This document shows, one piece after another, positions 1 to 9,904 of a DNA stretch of 64,000 nt (positions are counted from its first letter, which is position 1; each line of letters opens with the position of its first letter). Made by a program: the position numbers and the translations under genes. The notes below the pieces were generated by a model that worked only from the letters and a program-made list of their open reading frames with translations, made no database searches and had not been told where the DNA came from. The stretch is from a virus, in the IMG/VR virus record IMGVR_UViG_3300009169_000001, positions 36,395-100,394 of that record; one strand, 5' to 3'.

Positions 1-52
1 CACCACCCGCACTGGCCCTCGCAAGTTCTCTATCCGGGACAAGGAGTAGACC

Positions 53-412
53 ATGCCACAGTTAAAGAGCCAAGGGTTTCAACCTGTTGCATTCTGGGTG
101 AATCGCTGGGGCGTAAGCCCTGCGGCCCTGTACAGTACCGCCCGCCGTACGAAAGCCCCCACACGGTACAGTGGGACAACGGCTGAGTACCGGTTCACTG
201 CCAAGCTGGATGCCAAGTACCTCAACCGCAAGGACCGCCTTGACGCTTTCCGTGCCGCCCGGCTGGAGAAGAAAGCGGAGGCCATAGTCGAGACGAAGTT
301 CAGCACGGAGGCGGATGCGGCCATGAGTAGCATTGCTGATTTGATCAGCGCCAACCACCGACTCCAAGATAAGCTGGAGCGGATTCAAGCCATCATTAAC
401 GAGAAGGGGTAG
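53..412 (+). CDS. hypothetical protein
   Basis: 119 aa ORF with AAGGAG RBS, co-directional with the downstream operon. Confidence 0.6.
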   Translation: MPQLKSQGFQPVAFWVNRWGVSPAALYSTARRTKAPTRYSGTTAEYRFTAKLDAKYLNRKDRLDAFRAARLEKKAEAIVETKFSTEADAAMSSIADLISANHRLQDKLERIQAIINEKG

Positions 413-414
413 CT

Positions 415-714
415 ATGGACGCAGCACTGGTAAGGGCCGCCATCAAGGACAAGGTCAACTTGAAGTTTGGTGGCGATGATAAGCGCACCATGCGGGACGT
501 CGCCATCGATCTGATCAACGCATCGGGCCTATCGTGGAAGGAGATCGCCGAGGGGTGCTACCTTGCGGGAACCACCATAAAAAATCTGGCGATGGAGAAG
601 ACCCTCTTCCCGCGCTACGATACCGTGGAGCGGGTGTTCAAGTTCTTCAACTACGAAGCTAACCTGAAGTACGTGAGTACCATTACCCCCCAAAACGGTA
701 ACAAGAAAAAATGA
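415..714 (+). CDS. XRE/Cro-like HTH DNA-binding protein
   Basis: SGLSWKEIAEGCYLAGTTIKNL...PRYDTVERV resembles an XRE helix-turn-helix. Confidence 0.6.
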   Translation: MDAALVRAAIKDKVNLKFGGDDKRTMRDVAIDLINASGLSWKEIAEGCYLAGTTIKNLAMEKTLFPRYDTVERVFKFFNYEANLKYVSTITPQNGNKKK

Positions 715-1037
715 ACGAAGGGCAGAAACTAAAAGAACAAGGCATGAACTTGGTTTTTGATGCGTCGCCCACCGGCTGGAAGCTGGAGGTCAGTGTCGCC
801 TTATTTAGTTTCGACGATGGAGTGGAGTTGATTGGGGAGGACATTCGTAAGCGCGTGGCCTCGCAACCAAAGCACCCTAATGCGTGGGGGGCTATAATTA
901 ACCGGTACGTACGAAAGGGGATACTTGTCCCTACCGGTAATTACATTCAGTCAAAGTCGCCAGCCAACCATGCCCGGAGAGTACAAGTTTATCGGCTATG
1001 TAAGGCTGCTGCTTGGGGCGGGAACGGGTATGAATGA
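711..1037 (+). CDS. hypothetical phage protein
   Basis: Translationally coupled 108 aa ORF, HPNAWGA motif. Confidence 0.55.
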   Translation: MNEGQKLKEQGMNLVFDASPTGWKLEVSVALFSFDDGVELIGEDIRKRVASQPKHPNAWGAIINRYVRKGILVPTGNYIQSKSPANHARRVQVYRLCKAAAWGGNGYE

Positions 1038-1998
1038 GGAGCTGGCACGCCGTCTCTTCAAGGCCTTGGACATCAAGGACCCGGAGATGCGACAGGACAA
1101 ATGGCTCAACGGCTGCTGCCCGCTGGCACCGGTGACCCACGCCAAGGGGTACGACACCAATCCCAGCTTCGGCGTGTCTGTCCATGAGCACCACCCGGAG
1201 GCCAGTCATTTCTTTTGCTGGTCCTGTGGTGAGCGGGGGGCGGTCTCCAAGCTGTTGTTCGACATGACCGACATCGCGGAGGAGAACCCCCGGATCAAGT
1301 TGGGGTTGGCCTACGAGGTGCTGCAGGCTGAGGCGGATGGTCTGGAGGGGTACTTCCCCACCGACTGGGCCGAGACCAAAGCGGACAAGGGCTTCGATGA
1401 GTTCCCGGAGTGGTGGTTGGAGTCATTCCCACCATGGTCGACCTCACAAGCCTGTCAAGATTACTTGGCACTGCGTCGGGTGCGCCCGGAGGCTGCGGAC
1501 TACTTCGAGCTGCGGTACGACGCGAAGATGCACGCCGTGGGCTTTCCGTACTGGAACAAGAAGGGCCAGCTCGCAGGCATGCGGGGGCGCTACCTCAACC
1601 CCAAGGGCAAGAACAAGTACCATGACTACTCGTTCAACGACTTCAACAACTCGGCGAAGGTTTGGTTCAACGAGAGCCGGATTGACTGGTTGCGCCCGCT
1701 GGTGGTGTGCGAGGGTTCGTTCGATGTGCTGGCGGTGCATGAGCACTATACCAATGTGGCCAGCCCATGGACGTGCACACCCAAGTTGGAGATGCTCAAC
1801 CTCCTGAAGAAGTGCGTGTCGGTAGTGGTGGCGTTCGACAGTGACGTGGCGGGGCAGCGCGGCTACCAGAAGATCATGGAGGTGATTGGCAACGAGATCG
1901 CCGTGACGCAGCTGGCGCTACCCGACGGCTTCGATTGTGCAGAGATGGATCCAGATTCTTTACGGGATGCCTTGGCTTTTGCCGGAGTCCCGCTATAA
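1030..1998 (+). CDS. DNA primase (Zn-binding + TOPRIM)
   Basis: CCP..H / CWSC zinc motif, TOPRIM motifs VCEGSFD and AFDSDVAG; ATG at 1030 overlaps the upstream stop. Confidence 0.9.
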   Translation: MNEELARRLFKALDIKDPEMRQDKWLNGCCPLAPVTHAKGYDTNPSFGVSVHEHHPEASHFFCWSCGERGAVSKLLFDMTDIAEENPRIKLGLAYEVLQAEADGLEGYFPTDWAETKADKGFDEFPEWWLESFPPWSTSQACQDYLALRRVRPEAADYFELRYDAKMHAVGFPYWNKKGQLAGMRGRYLNPKGKNKYHDYSFNDFNNSAKVWFNESRIDWLRPLVVCEGSFDVLAVHEHYTNVASPWTCTPKLEMLNLLKKCVSVVVAFDSDVAGQRGYQKIMEVIGNEIAVTQLALPDGFDCAEMDPDSLRDALAFAGVPL

Positions 1999-2064
1999 TG
2001 TTTCCCGCCTAAACGGGCAATCGCACCTACCGATCGTAGGTTTAGAAGCTAGAGAGGTGACATT

Positions 2065-2793
2065 ATGTCATGGGCAACACAGGGGGCAGAAGCCGCCGCA
2101 GAGTTCGAGAAAGAGCACACCCAGAAAGAAACCCAGCGAGAGCAGAGCTATCGCATGTGGCGGTTCTGGCTCAAACCCGGAGAAGAGGCACGCATCACGT
2201 TCATTGATGGTGACTTGGTCGATGGGAAACTTAACTGCTTCAGCTATCCCCAGCACACCGTGTACATGAACGGGAACTGGAACAACCACTTCGTCTGTGT
2301 CGCCAAGCAGGAACCCTGCCCGGTATGCGAGAGTGGTAACAACGCATCGCGAGTTGCGGTGTTCACCATCATCGACCATCGCGTCACCACGTCGAAGGAC
2401 GGTAAGAAAACCTATAGCGACCAGCCCCGGCTATTCGTGGCGAAGTACAACACGTTCCAGCTGCTCCAGAACATGGCAGCGAAGCGTGGCGGCCTCGCAG
2501 GTATCACCGTTGATGCTTTCCGAGCTGATGACCACGCCGCCAACGTAGGCTCCGCGTTCGACTTCATTGAGAAGAACGATGTGCAGGCGCTGCGGAACAT
2601 GTTCTTCAAGGTCGATGAAAAAACGGGTAAGAAGGAGACCTACTTCGTACCTGCCAATTACGTGGAAGAGGCGGGTCGCAAGACCGCTGCCGAGCTGCGT
2701 GAGCTGGGCTTCGGGGGTGCACCTCCGTTAGGCAGCGCAGCGGGTAATCAAGCCATGGCCGCTAAGGCCGGAGGCTTTGAAGACCAGCTGTAA
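2065..2793 (+). CDS. single-stranded DNA-binding protein (phage gp32-like)
   Basis: RFWLKPGE, C..EPCPVC zinc motif, flexible acidic C-terminus, position between primase and helicase. Confidence 0.65.
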   Translation: MSWATQGAEAAAEFEKEHTQKETQREQSYRMWRFWLKPGEEARITFIDGDLVDGKLNCFSYPQHTVYMNGNWNNHFVCVAKQEPCPVCESGNNASRVAVFTIIDHRVTTSKDGKKTYSDQPRLFVAKYNTFQLLQNMAAKRGGLAGITVDAFRADDHAANVGSAFDFIEKNDVQALRNMFFKVDEKTGKKETYFVPANYVEEAGRKTAAELRELGFGGAPPLGSAAGNQAMAAKAGGFEDQL

Positions 2794-2894
2794 CCGTACC
2801 GCCGGGGGCGGGTGATTGATGGGCTGAGGGAGAAAGGTTCAGCTCTGGTTACCCTCGGTGCCCGCTCCCGGCACTTTACTACTAAGGAGAGGCT

Positions 2895-4199
2895 ATGGCG
2901 CTTCCAAGAATTTCACAGCAGCCCGTGCAGACCGATGCACTGGCGTGGTTCCCTCGAACTATGGGCCTACAGAAGCAGCTCACGGTCCAGTTCAAATTCG
3001 ATGACAAGCCGCTGCACTTGTACGCAGAGAAAGGGGCTCACATCGGTGTACCCCGTGGACTGTGCGAGCTGGTAGGCATTGATCACCGCGTACAGGGAAC
3101 CCCTAGTGTAATTAATTGCACTGTGCCCCCCAAGAACGATGAGCAGGTCTCGGTGCTGGCGAAAGCGGCAGCCCGACTGAAGGCCGGGAGATCGTTTGTG
3201 CTACAGGCGACCACCGGGTTCGGTAAGACTTACTGTGCGGCCAACCTGCTGTCGGTGGTGAACACCACCACCCTGATCGTGGTGACCAAGGAAGACATGA
3301 TGCTCCAGTGGCGCAAGGAGCTGCTGAAGTTCACCGATCTGACCGAGGATGAAATCGGCACGGCTCAGCAAGACCAGTGCGACTACAAGGGCAAGAAGGT
3401 GGTGCTGGGCATGATCCATTCGCTGGCCAAGAACAAGTACGGCACGGCGTTCAACAACTACTTCGGCTTCGTGATCTACGATGAGGTCCACCGTCTTGGA
3501 GCCGAGACATTCTCCAAGACCGCCGGGATGTTCCCCGCCAAGCTACGCCTTGGGCTCTCTGCGACCGTTGACCGGGTGGATGGTAAGCAGGACATCTTCA
3601 CGGCGCATATTGGCCCTGTGGGCGTACAGACGGCTGTGGTGCAGCTGCCGCCCAAGATCCTGATGAGGGAGACCGGGTACAAACCCTCGCGCAAGATCAA
3701 GATCGAGCCTGCCCGCATGATGGCCTTGTACAAAGACATGGGCCAGAACTACGCCCGCAATGCCATTATCGTGGAGTTCCTGCTGGCCAGCTACAAGAAG
3801 GGGCGCAACACCATCGTGTTCAGTGATCTGATCGGTGACCATCTGGACATCCTGCACCCCATGGCCCGGCACGCAGGGATACCGGCACACGATATGGCGT
3901 ACTACATCGGCGGCATGTCGGAGAAGGCCCGAGCCGATGCCAAGACCAAGCGCGTGCTGTTCGCCACCTACGCCATGACGGCGGAGGCCACGGACATCCC
4001 CCGGCTGGACACGGCGGTGTTTGCAACACCTCGGGCTAACATCACGCAGCCATTGGGGCGGATTCTTCGGGAGTTCCCCGGTAAGCCTCAGCCGGTGGTG
4101 CTGGATCTGGTCGATGGATTCTCGCCGATGCTCATGGGTTTCATGTCGAAAAGGCGTACGCAGTATTTTTCTTTGAAAGCAACGCTGCTAAGCATTTAA
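2895..4199 (+). CDS. superfamily 2 DNA helicase
   Basis: Walker A TTGFGKT, DEVH, LSAT, QPLGRILR motifs. Confidence 0.92.
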   Translation: MALPRISQQPVQTDALAWFPRTMGLQKQLTVQFKFDDKPLHLYAEKGAHIGVPRGLCELVGIDHRVQGTPSVINCTVPPKNDEQVSVLAKAAARLKAGRSFVLQATTGFGKTYCAANLLSVVNTTTLIVVTKEDMMLQWRKELLKFTDLTEDEIGTAQQDQCDYKGKKVVLGMIHSLAKNKYGTAFNNYFGFVIYDEVHRLGAETFSKTAGMFPAKLRLGLSATVDRVDGKQDIFTAHIGPVGVQTAVVQLPPKILMRETGYKPSRKIKIEPARMMALYKDMGQNYARNAIIVEFLLASYKKGRNTIVFSDLIGDHLDILHPMARHAGIPAHDMAYYIGGMSEKARADAKTKRVLFATYAMTAEATDIPRLDTAVFATPRANITQPLGRILREFPGKPQPVVLDLVDGFSPMLMGFMSKRRTQYFSLKATLLSI

Positions 4200-4248
4200 C
4201 AAACGTTAAGATGTAGGGTAGACTACCCCACCGACAAGGAGGGGCCCC

Positions 4249-4665
4249 ATGGCAGCTGACATCAAAGAATCACCATACCAACGATGGCACCGCAAGAACA
4301 AAGAGGATTTCAACAAACGTCGCCGGGAGCGTTACTCCGTAGACAAGAAGTACCGGAACAAACAGCTGGAGATGGCTCGCCGTCGCAGGCTGGCACAACC
4401 ACCCAAGGAGAAATCCGTGGATGAAGGCCTGACCACTTCGGAGGCAGGCCAGATGGTCGGGCGTAAGGCGCAGACCCTTCTCCTGTGGGAGAAGATCGGC
4501 CTGATCCCGGCACCGCTCAAGACACCGTTCCGACGGTACACCGAAGTACAGGTGAACCTGATGGCACTGCTGGCTGAGTATATGAACACCAACCGCGTCC
4601 GCCGTGCGAAGCATGAAGACGAGGAGCTGGATAAGTTGATCCAACACATTAGGGAGAAGTGGTGA
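4249..4665 (+). CDS. MerR-like HTH protein
   Basis: TTSEAGQMVGRKAQTLLLWEKIGLIP...RRYT is a MerR-type HTH. Confidence 0.7.
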   Translation: MAADIKESPYQRWHRKNKEDFNKRRRERYSVDKKYRNKQLEMARRRRLAQPPKEKSVDEGLTTSEAGQMVGRKAQTLLLWEKIGLIPAPLKTPFRRYTEVQVNLMALLAEYMNTNRVRRAKHEDEELDKLIQHIREKW

Positions 4666-5348
4666 TGGCTATTACCAAAGTGAGTAAAAACGCACCGTCT
4701 AACGCCCCGTCTGACGGCAAGCCCTCCGTAGTCGGCGGGTTCATGGCCAAGAAGCTGGCCGCGCTGCAAGCGGAGCTGGGCGTGGACCCGCTAGACGGCG
4801 TTCAGGAGGAGGCCTCTATCCCATGGGTGGAGGAGGACGTGGGCCCCGAACAAGAGCCGGGTGTCGTGGTGGGCTATGATTTCTCCCCGACGAAGGACAC
4901 CACCAGCACCACACCGTACACCATCGGCGAGGCCCTCAAGAAAGGCGAGAACCTGAAGAAGACCGCTGCGGGTCACGCGACCACCACCCTGCAGCACACC
5001 GTAGCTTCGACGGCTGCCGAAGACCCGGAAGAGGTTTTTGAGGAGCAGGTGCCTGCACCCCACCTTATGACAGCGGCCAGCCTTGCCAAGGTCGATATTG
5101 AGCTGGGCCGTACGATCAACACGGGCAATTACAGCAGCGCCCGGTTCTCGGTGCGCCTGACCATGCCGTGTGACCCGGAGCACCTCGACAGCACCTACCA
5201 GTTCGTGGAAGCATGGGTTTCTGATCGGGTCATCGCACTGGCGGCGCAGGTCTCGGCCCCCGCTAATCAGGATACGGGATCTGCTAAATCACCCGTCAGC
5301 TACTCTGCCAAATCACCCTTCAGCTACAGTGGCGAGGAAGACCTCTGA
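4665..5348 (+). CDS. hypothetical protein
   Basis: Acidic low-complexity N-terminus, C-terminal GRTINTGNYSSAR domain, short tandem duplication SAKSPxSY. Confidence 0.6.
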   Translation: MAITKVSKNAPSNAPSDGKPSVVGGFMAKKLAALQAELGVDPLDGVQEEASIPWVEEDVGPEQEPGVVVGYDFSPTKDTTSTTPYTIGEALKKGENLKKTAAGHATTTLQHTVASTAAEDPEEVFEEQVPAPHLMTAASLAKVDIELGRTINTGNYSSARFSVRLTMPCDPEHLDSTYQFVEAWVSDRVIALAAQVSAPANQDTGSAKSPVSYSAKSPFSYSGEEDL

Positions 5349-6391
5349 TGGCGTCTGGTGAGCTGGAACAAATCCTCAAGAAGGCCCACAAAGATTTTGG
5401 GGAAGGTATTGGCGGTAAGGGACATTCGCTCCTGCCTGTGGACCGGATCAAGACGGGGATGTTCGCGCTGGACCTTGCGACCGGTGGCGGGTTTCCCCGA
5501 GGCAAGACCAGCATCATCTACGGGCCGGAGTCATCAGGCAAGACCACCATCGCCTACAACGCGCTCGCCTTTGTGCAGAACGTGCTGCAGATGGACGCCG
5601 TGCTAATCGACATCGAGAACTCCTTCGACCCGGTGTGGGCTGAGGCGTGCGGGATCAACGTGGAGAAGCTGGTCCTGCTCTACCCGGAGACGGCGGAGGT
5701 TGCCGTGGATCTGGTAGATGCCACCATCCGCGCCGAGTCTGTGGGCCTCGTGGTGCTGGACTCCATTGGGTCCATGATCACCTACAACGAGGTGGAGAGC
5801 GACGCCGGGAAGCAGATCGTGGGCGGCTCAGCACAGATCGTGAGCAAGATGATGCGCAAGGTGGGGCAGGCTTACATGGCCGAGGCCAAGCGCGGGCACC
5901 AGCCCGCACTGATCTGCATCAACCAGATCCGTCACAAGATCGGCGTGATGTTTGGTGACCCTGAAGGCATGCCCGGAGGCAACCTGCTGAAGTTTGCCAG
6001 CAGTATGACGCTGCGGGTGTACGGCAAGGACAAGATGGTGGAGGCAATCAACAAGGACATGCCTGTGCTCAAGACCATCAAGGGCATTCTGAAGAAGTGG
6101 AAGGTCCCGATCCTCGCCAAGAATTTCGAGTGCGACATGTGCACCGTGGCCCACGACGGTATGACGCCCGGCGACACCGAGTCATGGAACACCGTGGTCA
6201 ATTACCTGAAGCTCCACGGCACCGTAGCCAAGCACGGCACCGGGTGGGTGTGCTTCGGGGAAGAGTTCAAGACACTGGCGGCCATCAAGGAGCGCTACAT
6301 GGTGAACCAGCTCTACCGCGTGAAGCTGCAACAGTCCGTCGTGGATCTGGAGTTGGGGAGTGGCCAATCCATACCTGCGCAGGTCGGCTAA
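5348..6391 (+). CDS. recA: RecA-like recombinase
   Basis: GPESSGKTT Walker A, LVVLDS Walker B, INQIRHKIGVMFGDPE..PGG..LKF. Confidence 0.95.
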   Translation: MASGELEQILKKAHKDFGEGIGGKGHSLLPVDRIKTGMFALDLATGGGFPRGKTSIIYGPESSGKTTIAYNALAFVQNVLQMDAVLIDIENSFDPVWAEACGINVEKLVLLYPETAEVAVDLVDATIRAESVGLVVLDSIGSMITYNEVESDAGKQIVGGSAQIVSKMMRKVGQAYMAEAKRGHQPALICINQIRHKIGVMFGDPEGMPGGNLLKFASSMTLRVYGKDKMVEAINKDMPVLKTIKGILKKWKVPILAKNFECDMCTVAHDGMTPGDTESWNTVVNYLKLHGTVAKHGTGWVCFGEEFKTLAAIKERYMVNQLYRVKLQQSVVDLELGSGQSIPAQVG

Positions 6392-6728
6392 CAACAAGAC
6401 TGGGCACGGGCGTAAGGCGGAGAAGCGTCTGGCCCGTGAGCATGGTGCAAGGCTAACACCGGGGTCCGGGGCATTCTCGGGCCACAAGTCCGACATGACA
6501 CGTGAAGGAGCGGGGGTAAAGTTGCAGATCGAAGTGAAGACGACCAACAACGACAGCATTGGTATCAAGCTGAAGTGGCTGGACAAAATAACCCAAGAGG
6601 CCAAGGGCACTAACTCGCTGCCGATTCTGATGGTGTCCTTCGTCACGGACAACGGCGCAGCCCGGCCCAATGGTGACTGGGTGATGATGCCCAAGGCCCT
6701 GTTTGACTTACTGGATGGACTCGAATGA
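6360..6728 (+). CDS. PD-(D/E)xK nuclease, Hjc-type resolvase-like
   Basis: G..AE, PGSGA, KSD, IEVK motifs. Confidence 0.7.
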   Translation: MANPYLRRSANNKTGHGRKAEKRLAREHGARLTPGSGAFSGHKSDMTREGAGVKLQIEVKTTNNDSIGIKLKWLDKITQEAKGTNSLPILMVSFVTDNGAARPNGDWVMMPKALFDLLDGLE

Positions 6729-7618
6729 CCCTGAAGAAAGCCAAGATGACCCAGACCCATGCGGGGATACCCAGCCTGATCGAGATCGCTGAGCACCTTA
6801 TGGGTAAGACTGAACCGGGGCGGCCCTTCAGTACCATCCATGCGTCGATGCTGACCAACGAGAAGAAGCGCTTCTGTCCGCGTGAGGTGGCCCTGTCCGA
6901 CATCACGGGCAACGCGCCCAAAGGCGAGTACATCAGCGCCACGCTCAAGGCTACGTTCGATGTAGGCTGGCAGATCCACCACCTGATGACGGACAACTGG
7001 CTACGGCAGATCGCCGTGGGGAACTGGAGGTGTCCACGCTGTGAGCAGGCAAGCGGTTGGGGCCCGTATCCAGAGGATGGCTTCTGCCTGCATTGCGCGA
7101 GTAGCCACAGGAAGTGGATCTACTTGGAGGCGAACTTTGTCCACACGGATACCAAGATCAGCGGGTCCATCGATTTGATTGTGGACCTTGGGCTGGAGAA
7201 GCTGATCCCGGTCGAGATCAAGTCGATCGATAAGGATCAGTTCAAAGACCTTGTAGCCCCCCTAGCCGAGCACCGCGTGAGGAGCCAGCTGTATCTCGAC
7301 CTGATAAAAAACTCCAACCATCTGCAGGCCCACAAGGTGAGCCACAAGCTGGCCAAGATTATTTACGTGAGCAAGGGGTACGGGGCCAAGAACAGTAATG
7401 GCAAGATCAGTCCGTTCCGGGAGTTCAACGTACAGGCCAATGAGAAGGCTATTGCACCGTACCTCGCCATGGGTGAAAAAGTGGTGCACTGGCGCACGCA
7501 GGGCGTGATGCCTGCAGGTGTGTGTCCCAACTCGTTCGGCCCCCGTGTGAGTTCCTGCTCGTGTCCCAAGGAATGCTTCTCGGGGCATTACCCGGCAGGC
7601 ATGACGGTGGCCCCATGA
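6725..7618 (+). CDS. PD-(D/E)xK exonuclease (Cas4/RecB-like)
   Basis: CPRE, GSID, EIKS, Q..Y motifs and C-terminal Cys cluster. Confidence 0.75.
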   Translation: MTLKKAKMTQTHAGIPSLIEIAEHLMGKTEPGRPFSTIHASMLTNEKKRFCPREVALSDITGNAPKGEYISATLKATFDVGWQIHHLMTDNWLRQIAVGNWRCPRCEQASGWGPYPEDGFCLHCASSHRKWIYLEANFVHTDTKISGSIDLIVDLGLEKLIPVEIKSIDKDQFKDLVAPLAEHRVRSQLYLDLIKNSNHLQAHKVSHKLAKIIYVSKGYGAKNSNGKISPFREFNVQANEKAIAPYLAMGEKVVHWRTQGVMPAGVCPNSFGPRVSSCSCPKECFSGHYPAGMTVAP

Positions 7619-8079
7619 CCTACCCGGTACTGGGCATCGATCCTTCAACCTTCACCGGGTACGCCCTACTCTGGGAGACGGGTGTGGTGCTGGCCTCAGA
7701 GATCAATTTCAAGAAGCTCTCCGGGATACCCCGCGCCGAGGCGTTCATGGACCACACCATGCGGCTGGTAGAGCACCATAAACCCTGCGCTGTGTTCATT
7801 GAAGGGTACGGGTTTGGCAACGCCCACACCCTCGCGATTCTGGTTGAAATAGGTACCGCGATCAGGTTAGCCTTGCATGGCTGTGGCATGACCTACACCG
7901 AGGTGGCTCCGACCTCCCTGAAGAAGTTTGCGACCGGGAAGGGGAACTCCCAAAAGGATCAGGTCATGCTGGCAGTCTACAAAAAATGGGGGTTTACCCC
8001 CGAGACCAACAACATCGCCGACGCCTATGTGCTGGCCAAGATGGCGGCCAATGCAGAGGGCTGGGCAGACCCCGAGTGA
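7615..8079 (+). CDS. RuvC-like Holliday junction resolvase
   Basis: LGIDPS, FIEGY, PTSLKKFATGKG, ADA motifs. Confidence 0.85.
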   Translation: MTYPVLGIDPSTFTGYALLWETGVVLASEINFKKLSGIPRAEAFMDHTMRLVEHHKPCAVFIEGYGFGNAHTLAILVEIGTAIRLALHGCGMTYTEVAPTSLKKFATGKGNSQKDQVMLAVYKKWGFTPETNNIADAYVLAKMAANAEGWADPE

Positions 8080-8097
8080 AATTAACTGCACCAATGT

Positions 8098-8126
8098 TTG
8101 ACAAACTAATATACGCCTGCCATAAT
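8098..8126 (+). promoter_or_regulatory. sigma70-like promoter
   Basis: TTGACA-17 bp-CATAAT with extended -10 TG; a 16-bp palindrome copy lies just upstream (8076-8091). Confidence 0.75.
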
Positions 8127-8160
8127 ACTCGCAGGGTCAATCACTAAAGGAGTACGGAAA

Positions 8161-9063
8161 ATGACTGCTACCGCATCAATGCTGAAACAGAAGAAAAAGG
8201 CCGTAAAGGAACAGGCTTCTGAGGAAGGCCTGCTGCTGAAGGTCGCCAATGAGATCCAATCGATGGAGCAGGCTGAGGCGGCGGATAATCTTGCCGTGCT
8301 GCTTGAAAGTGAAGGCCTCAATGACTTTAAACTGGGCGGCGTGCTCGCCCTGTATCAGGCCCACTCTGATTGGTGGGATGGCTGTGAGACCTTCAAGGAA
8401 TACGTCAACACCAAGGTGGCCCTGCACTACCGCAAGGTGATGTATCTGATCGAGATCCACGTCTGCCTCGTGGATAACAAGATCGAGTGGGACACCGTCA
8501 AGTCCATAGGCTGGACTAAGCTGAAGGAGCTGGTCAAGGTGCTCACCCCCGACAACGTCGAGGATTGGGTGGCCAAGGCCAAGGTGATGACCACCCTGCA
8601 GCTGAAGGATGCGGTCAAGGCCCATCTGGCCAGCCTGAACGGCGGGGAGGAAGATCCGGGCATTACCAGTGACGTGACCACCATGACCTTCAAAGTCCAC
8701 GCTGACCAGAAGGAGCAGATCCGTTTGGCGCTGGACAAGGCCAAGGCTGAGCTGAACACTGAGGTGGACACCGTGGCGCTGGAAGGCCTCTGCACTGCCT
8801 ATCTGGGCGGGACCTTCGCGATCGAGTCCACCGGTGGTTCACTGGTCGATGCGATCAAGGGCCACAGTCTGGAAGAGATCAATGCGGCGGTCGAGATTGT
8901 GTTCCCCGACGCAGTGATCGAAGGTGCGGTATCGGACGGATTCGCCGCTGCGACCGGCCCGGCTCCAACCCTGTTGCAGACCCTGATCGCCAACGGATCG
9001 GACGCGGTACTGGCTGCCTTTGAAGAGGCTTTCCCCGAGATGGAGTTGACTCTCGCGGTGTAA
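8161..9063 (+). CDS. hypothetical protein, possibly DNA-binding
   Basis: 300 aa monocistronic ORF with its own promoter, AAGGAG RBS and terminator; IGWTKLKEL helical motif. Confidence 0.6.
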   Translation: MTATASMLKQKKKAVKEQASEEGLLLKVANEIQSMEQAEAADNLAVLLESEGLNDFKLGGVLALYQAHSDWWDGCETFKEYVNTKVALHYRKVMYLIEIHVCLVDNKIEWDTVKSIGWTKLKELVKVLTPDNVEDWVAKAKVMTTLQLKDAVKAHLASLNGGEEDPGITSDVTTMTFKVHADQKEQIRLALDKAKAELNTEVDTVALEGLCTAYLGGTFAIESTGGSLVDAIKGHSLEEINAAVEIVFPDAVIEGAVSDGFAAATGPAPTLLQTLIANGSDAVLAAFEEAFPEMELTLAV

Positions 9064-9106
9064 CTTTCGGTGCGGGAAGTACCTTCATGGGGAAGAACCG
9101 ATGACA

Positions 9107-9130
9107 GCCGGGAAAGACCGGCGCTTTTTT
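9107..9130 (+). terminator. intrinsic terminator
   Basis: GCCGG-loop-CCGGC stem followed by a T tract. Confidence 0.55.
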
Positions 9131-9310
9131 CACGCTCTATAAGGAGATCACAATGAGCGCCAATTCCATCATTTTTTATGGAGGCCTGATCCTGACCTTC
9201 ATCGCCCCGACGGATATGAATTTCGCCCTGCTCTTCGGCTTCGGCTGCATGTGCTTCGCCGGGTACCGTTTCCTGCAGCGCGAAAAGAAACGCCTGATTT
9301 GAAAAAATAC

Positions 9311-9340
9311 TTGCACTGACCCCCACATAGTAGTACTATG
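9311..9340 (+). promoter_or_regulatory. sigma70-like promoter with CATAGT-N3-ACTATG operator
   Basis: TTGCAC-17-TACTAT overlapping CATAGTAGTACTATG (9326-9340). Confidence 0.65.
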
Positions 9341-9377
9341 TCAGTGGAAGTTTGATTCACATTGGGAGGAGCCCGCC

Positions 9378-9611
9378 ATGATCAGTGTCTACCCCGCCTA
9401 CGGCAGAGACTACAAATCCAAGGCTGAAGTCATCGAGGCCTTTAACGCCAACAAGGACTTCATCGTCGCAGATGCTTTTCACCGCTACTGCGGCGCGGCC
9501 TGCAACAAGTCAGACCTTGTCGCCGGGAACGAAGGGAAAGTCAAAATCCGCTACAAGAAGCTGGCCAATATCGTGATCCTCGACGCAGTGTCTGGGAAGG
9601 AGGCAAAGTGA
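9378..9611 (+). CDS. small hypothetical phage protein
   Basis: GGAGG RBS; PAYGRDYKS motif. Confidence 0.65.
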   Translation: MISVYPAYGRDYKSKAEVIEAFNANKDFIVADAFHRYCGAACNKSDLVAGNEGKVKIRYKKLANIVILDAVSGKEAK

Positions 9612-9826
9612 TGGGCAAGTTAGAACGGCTGAAGGCCCGACTGGAAGCTGGCCACGAGATCAACGAGGCCGCATGCAGTATGTGGGTCGAGGGTAACCGG
9701 ATCGAGATGTCCGGAAGCCGGTGGGGCAACCACTCTATCCTCCGGTCATCGAGTGAGGAGCGGATAGCCGCCCACTGGGCCGGGTACCTGAACAACGCCG
9801 CGAGGGCCGCAGGCCTGATTGATTGA
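9608..9826 (+). CDS. small hypothetical protein
   Basis: Coupled ORF with GGAGG RBS. Confidence 0.55.
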   Translation: MMGKLERLKARLEAGHEINEAACSMWVEGNRIEMSGSRWGNHSILRSSSEERIAAHWAGYLNNAARAAGLID

Positions 9827-9836
9827 AAAAAAGTAC

Positions 9837-9865
9837 TTGACCCCATAGTAGTACTATGAGACGAT
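9837..9865 (+). promoter_or_regulatory. sigma70-like promoter with operator
   Basis: TTGACC-17-GACGAT; spacer contains CATAGTAGTACTATG (9844-9858). Confidence 0.6.
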
Positions 9866-9904
9866 AATGGTGTCGGGGAAGGGTCCCCAATCTGGAAGGA
9901 GCCA

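Noticed and set aside
5280-5327. 24-bp tandem duplication (SAKSPxSY twice)
   Set aside because: A simple local duplication in a disordered C-terminal tail.
6725-7618. Cas4-like nuclease as a sign of CRISPR-Cas
   Set aside because: No repeat-spacer array or other cas genes; the gene sits in a RecA/RuvC recombination operon.
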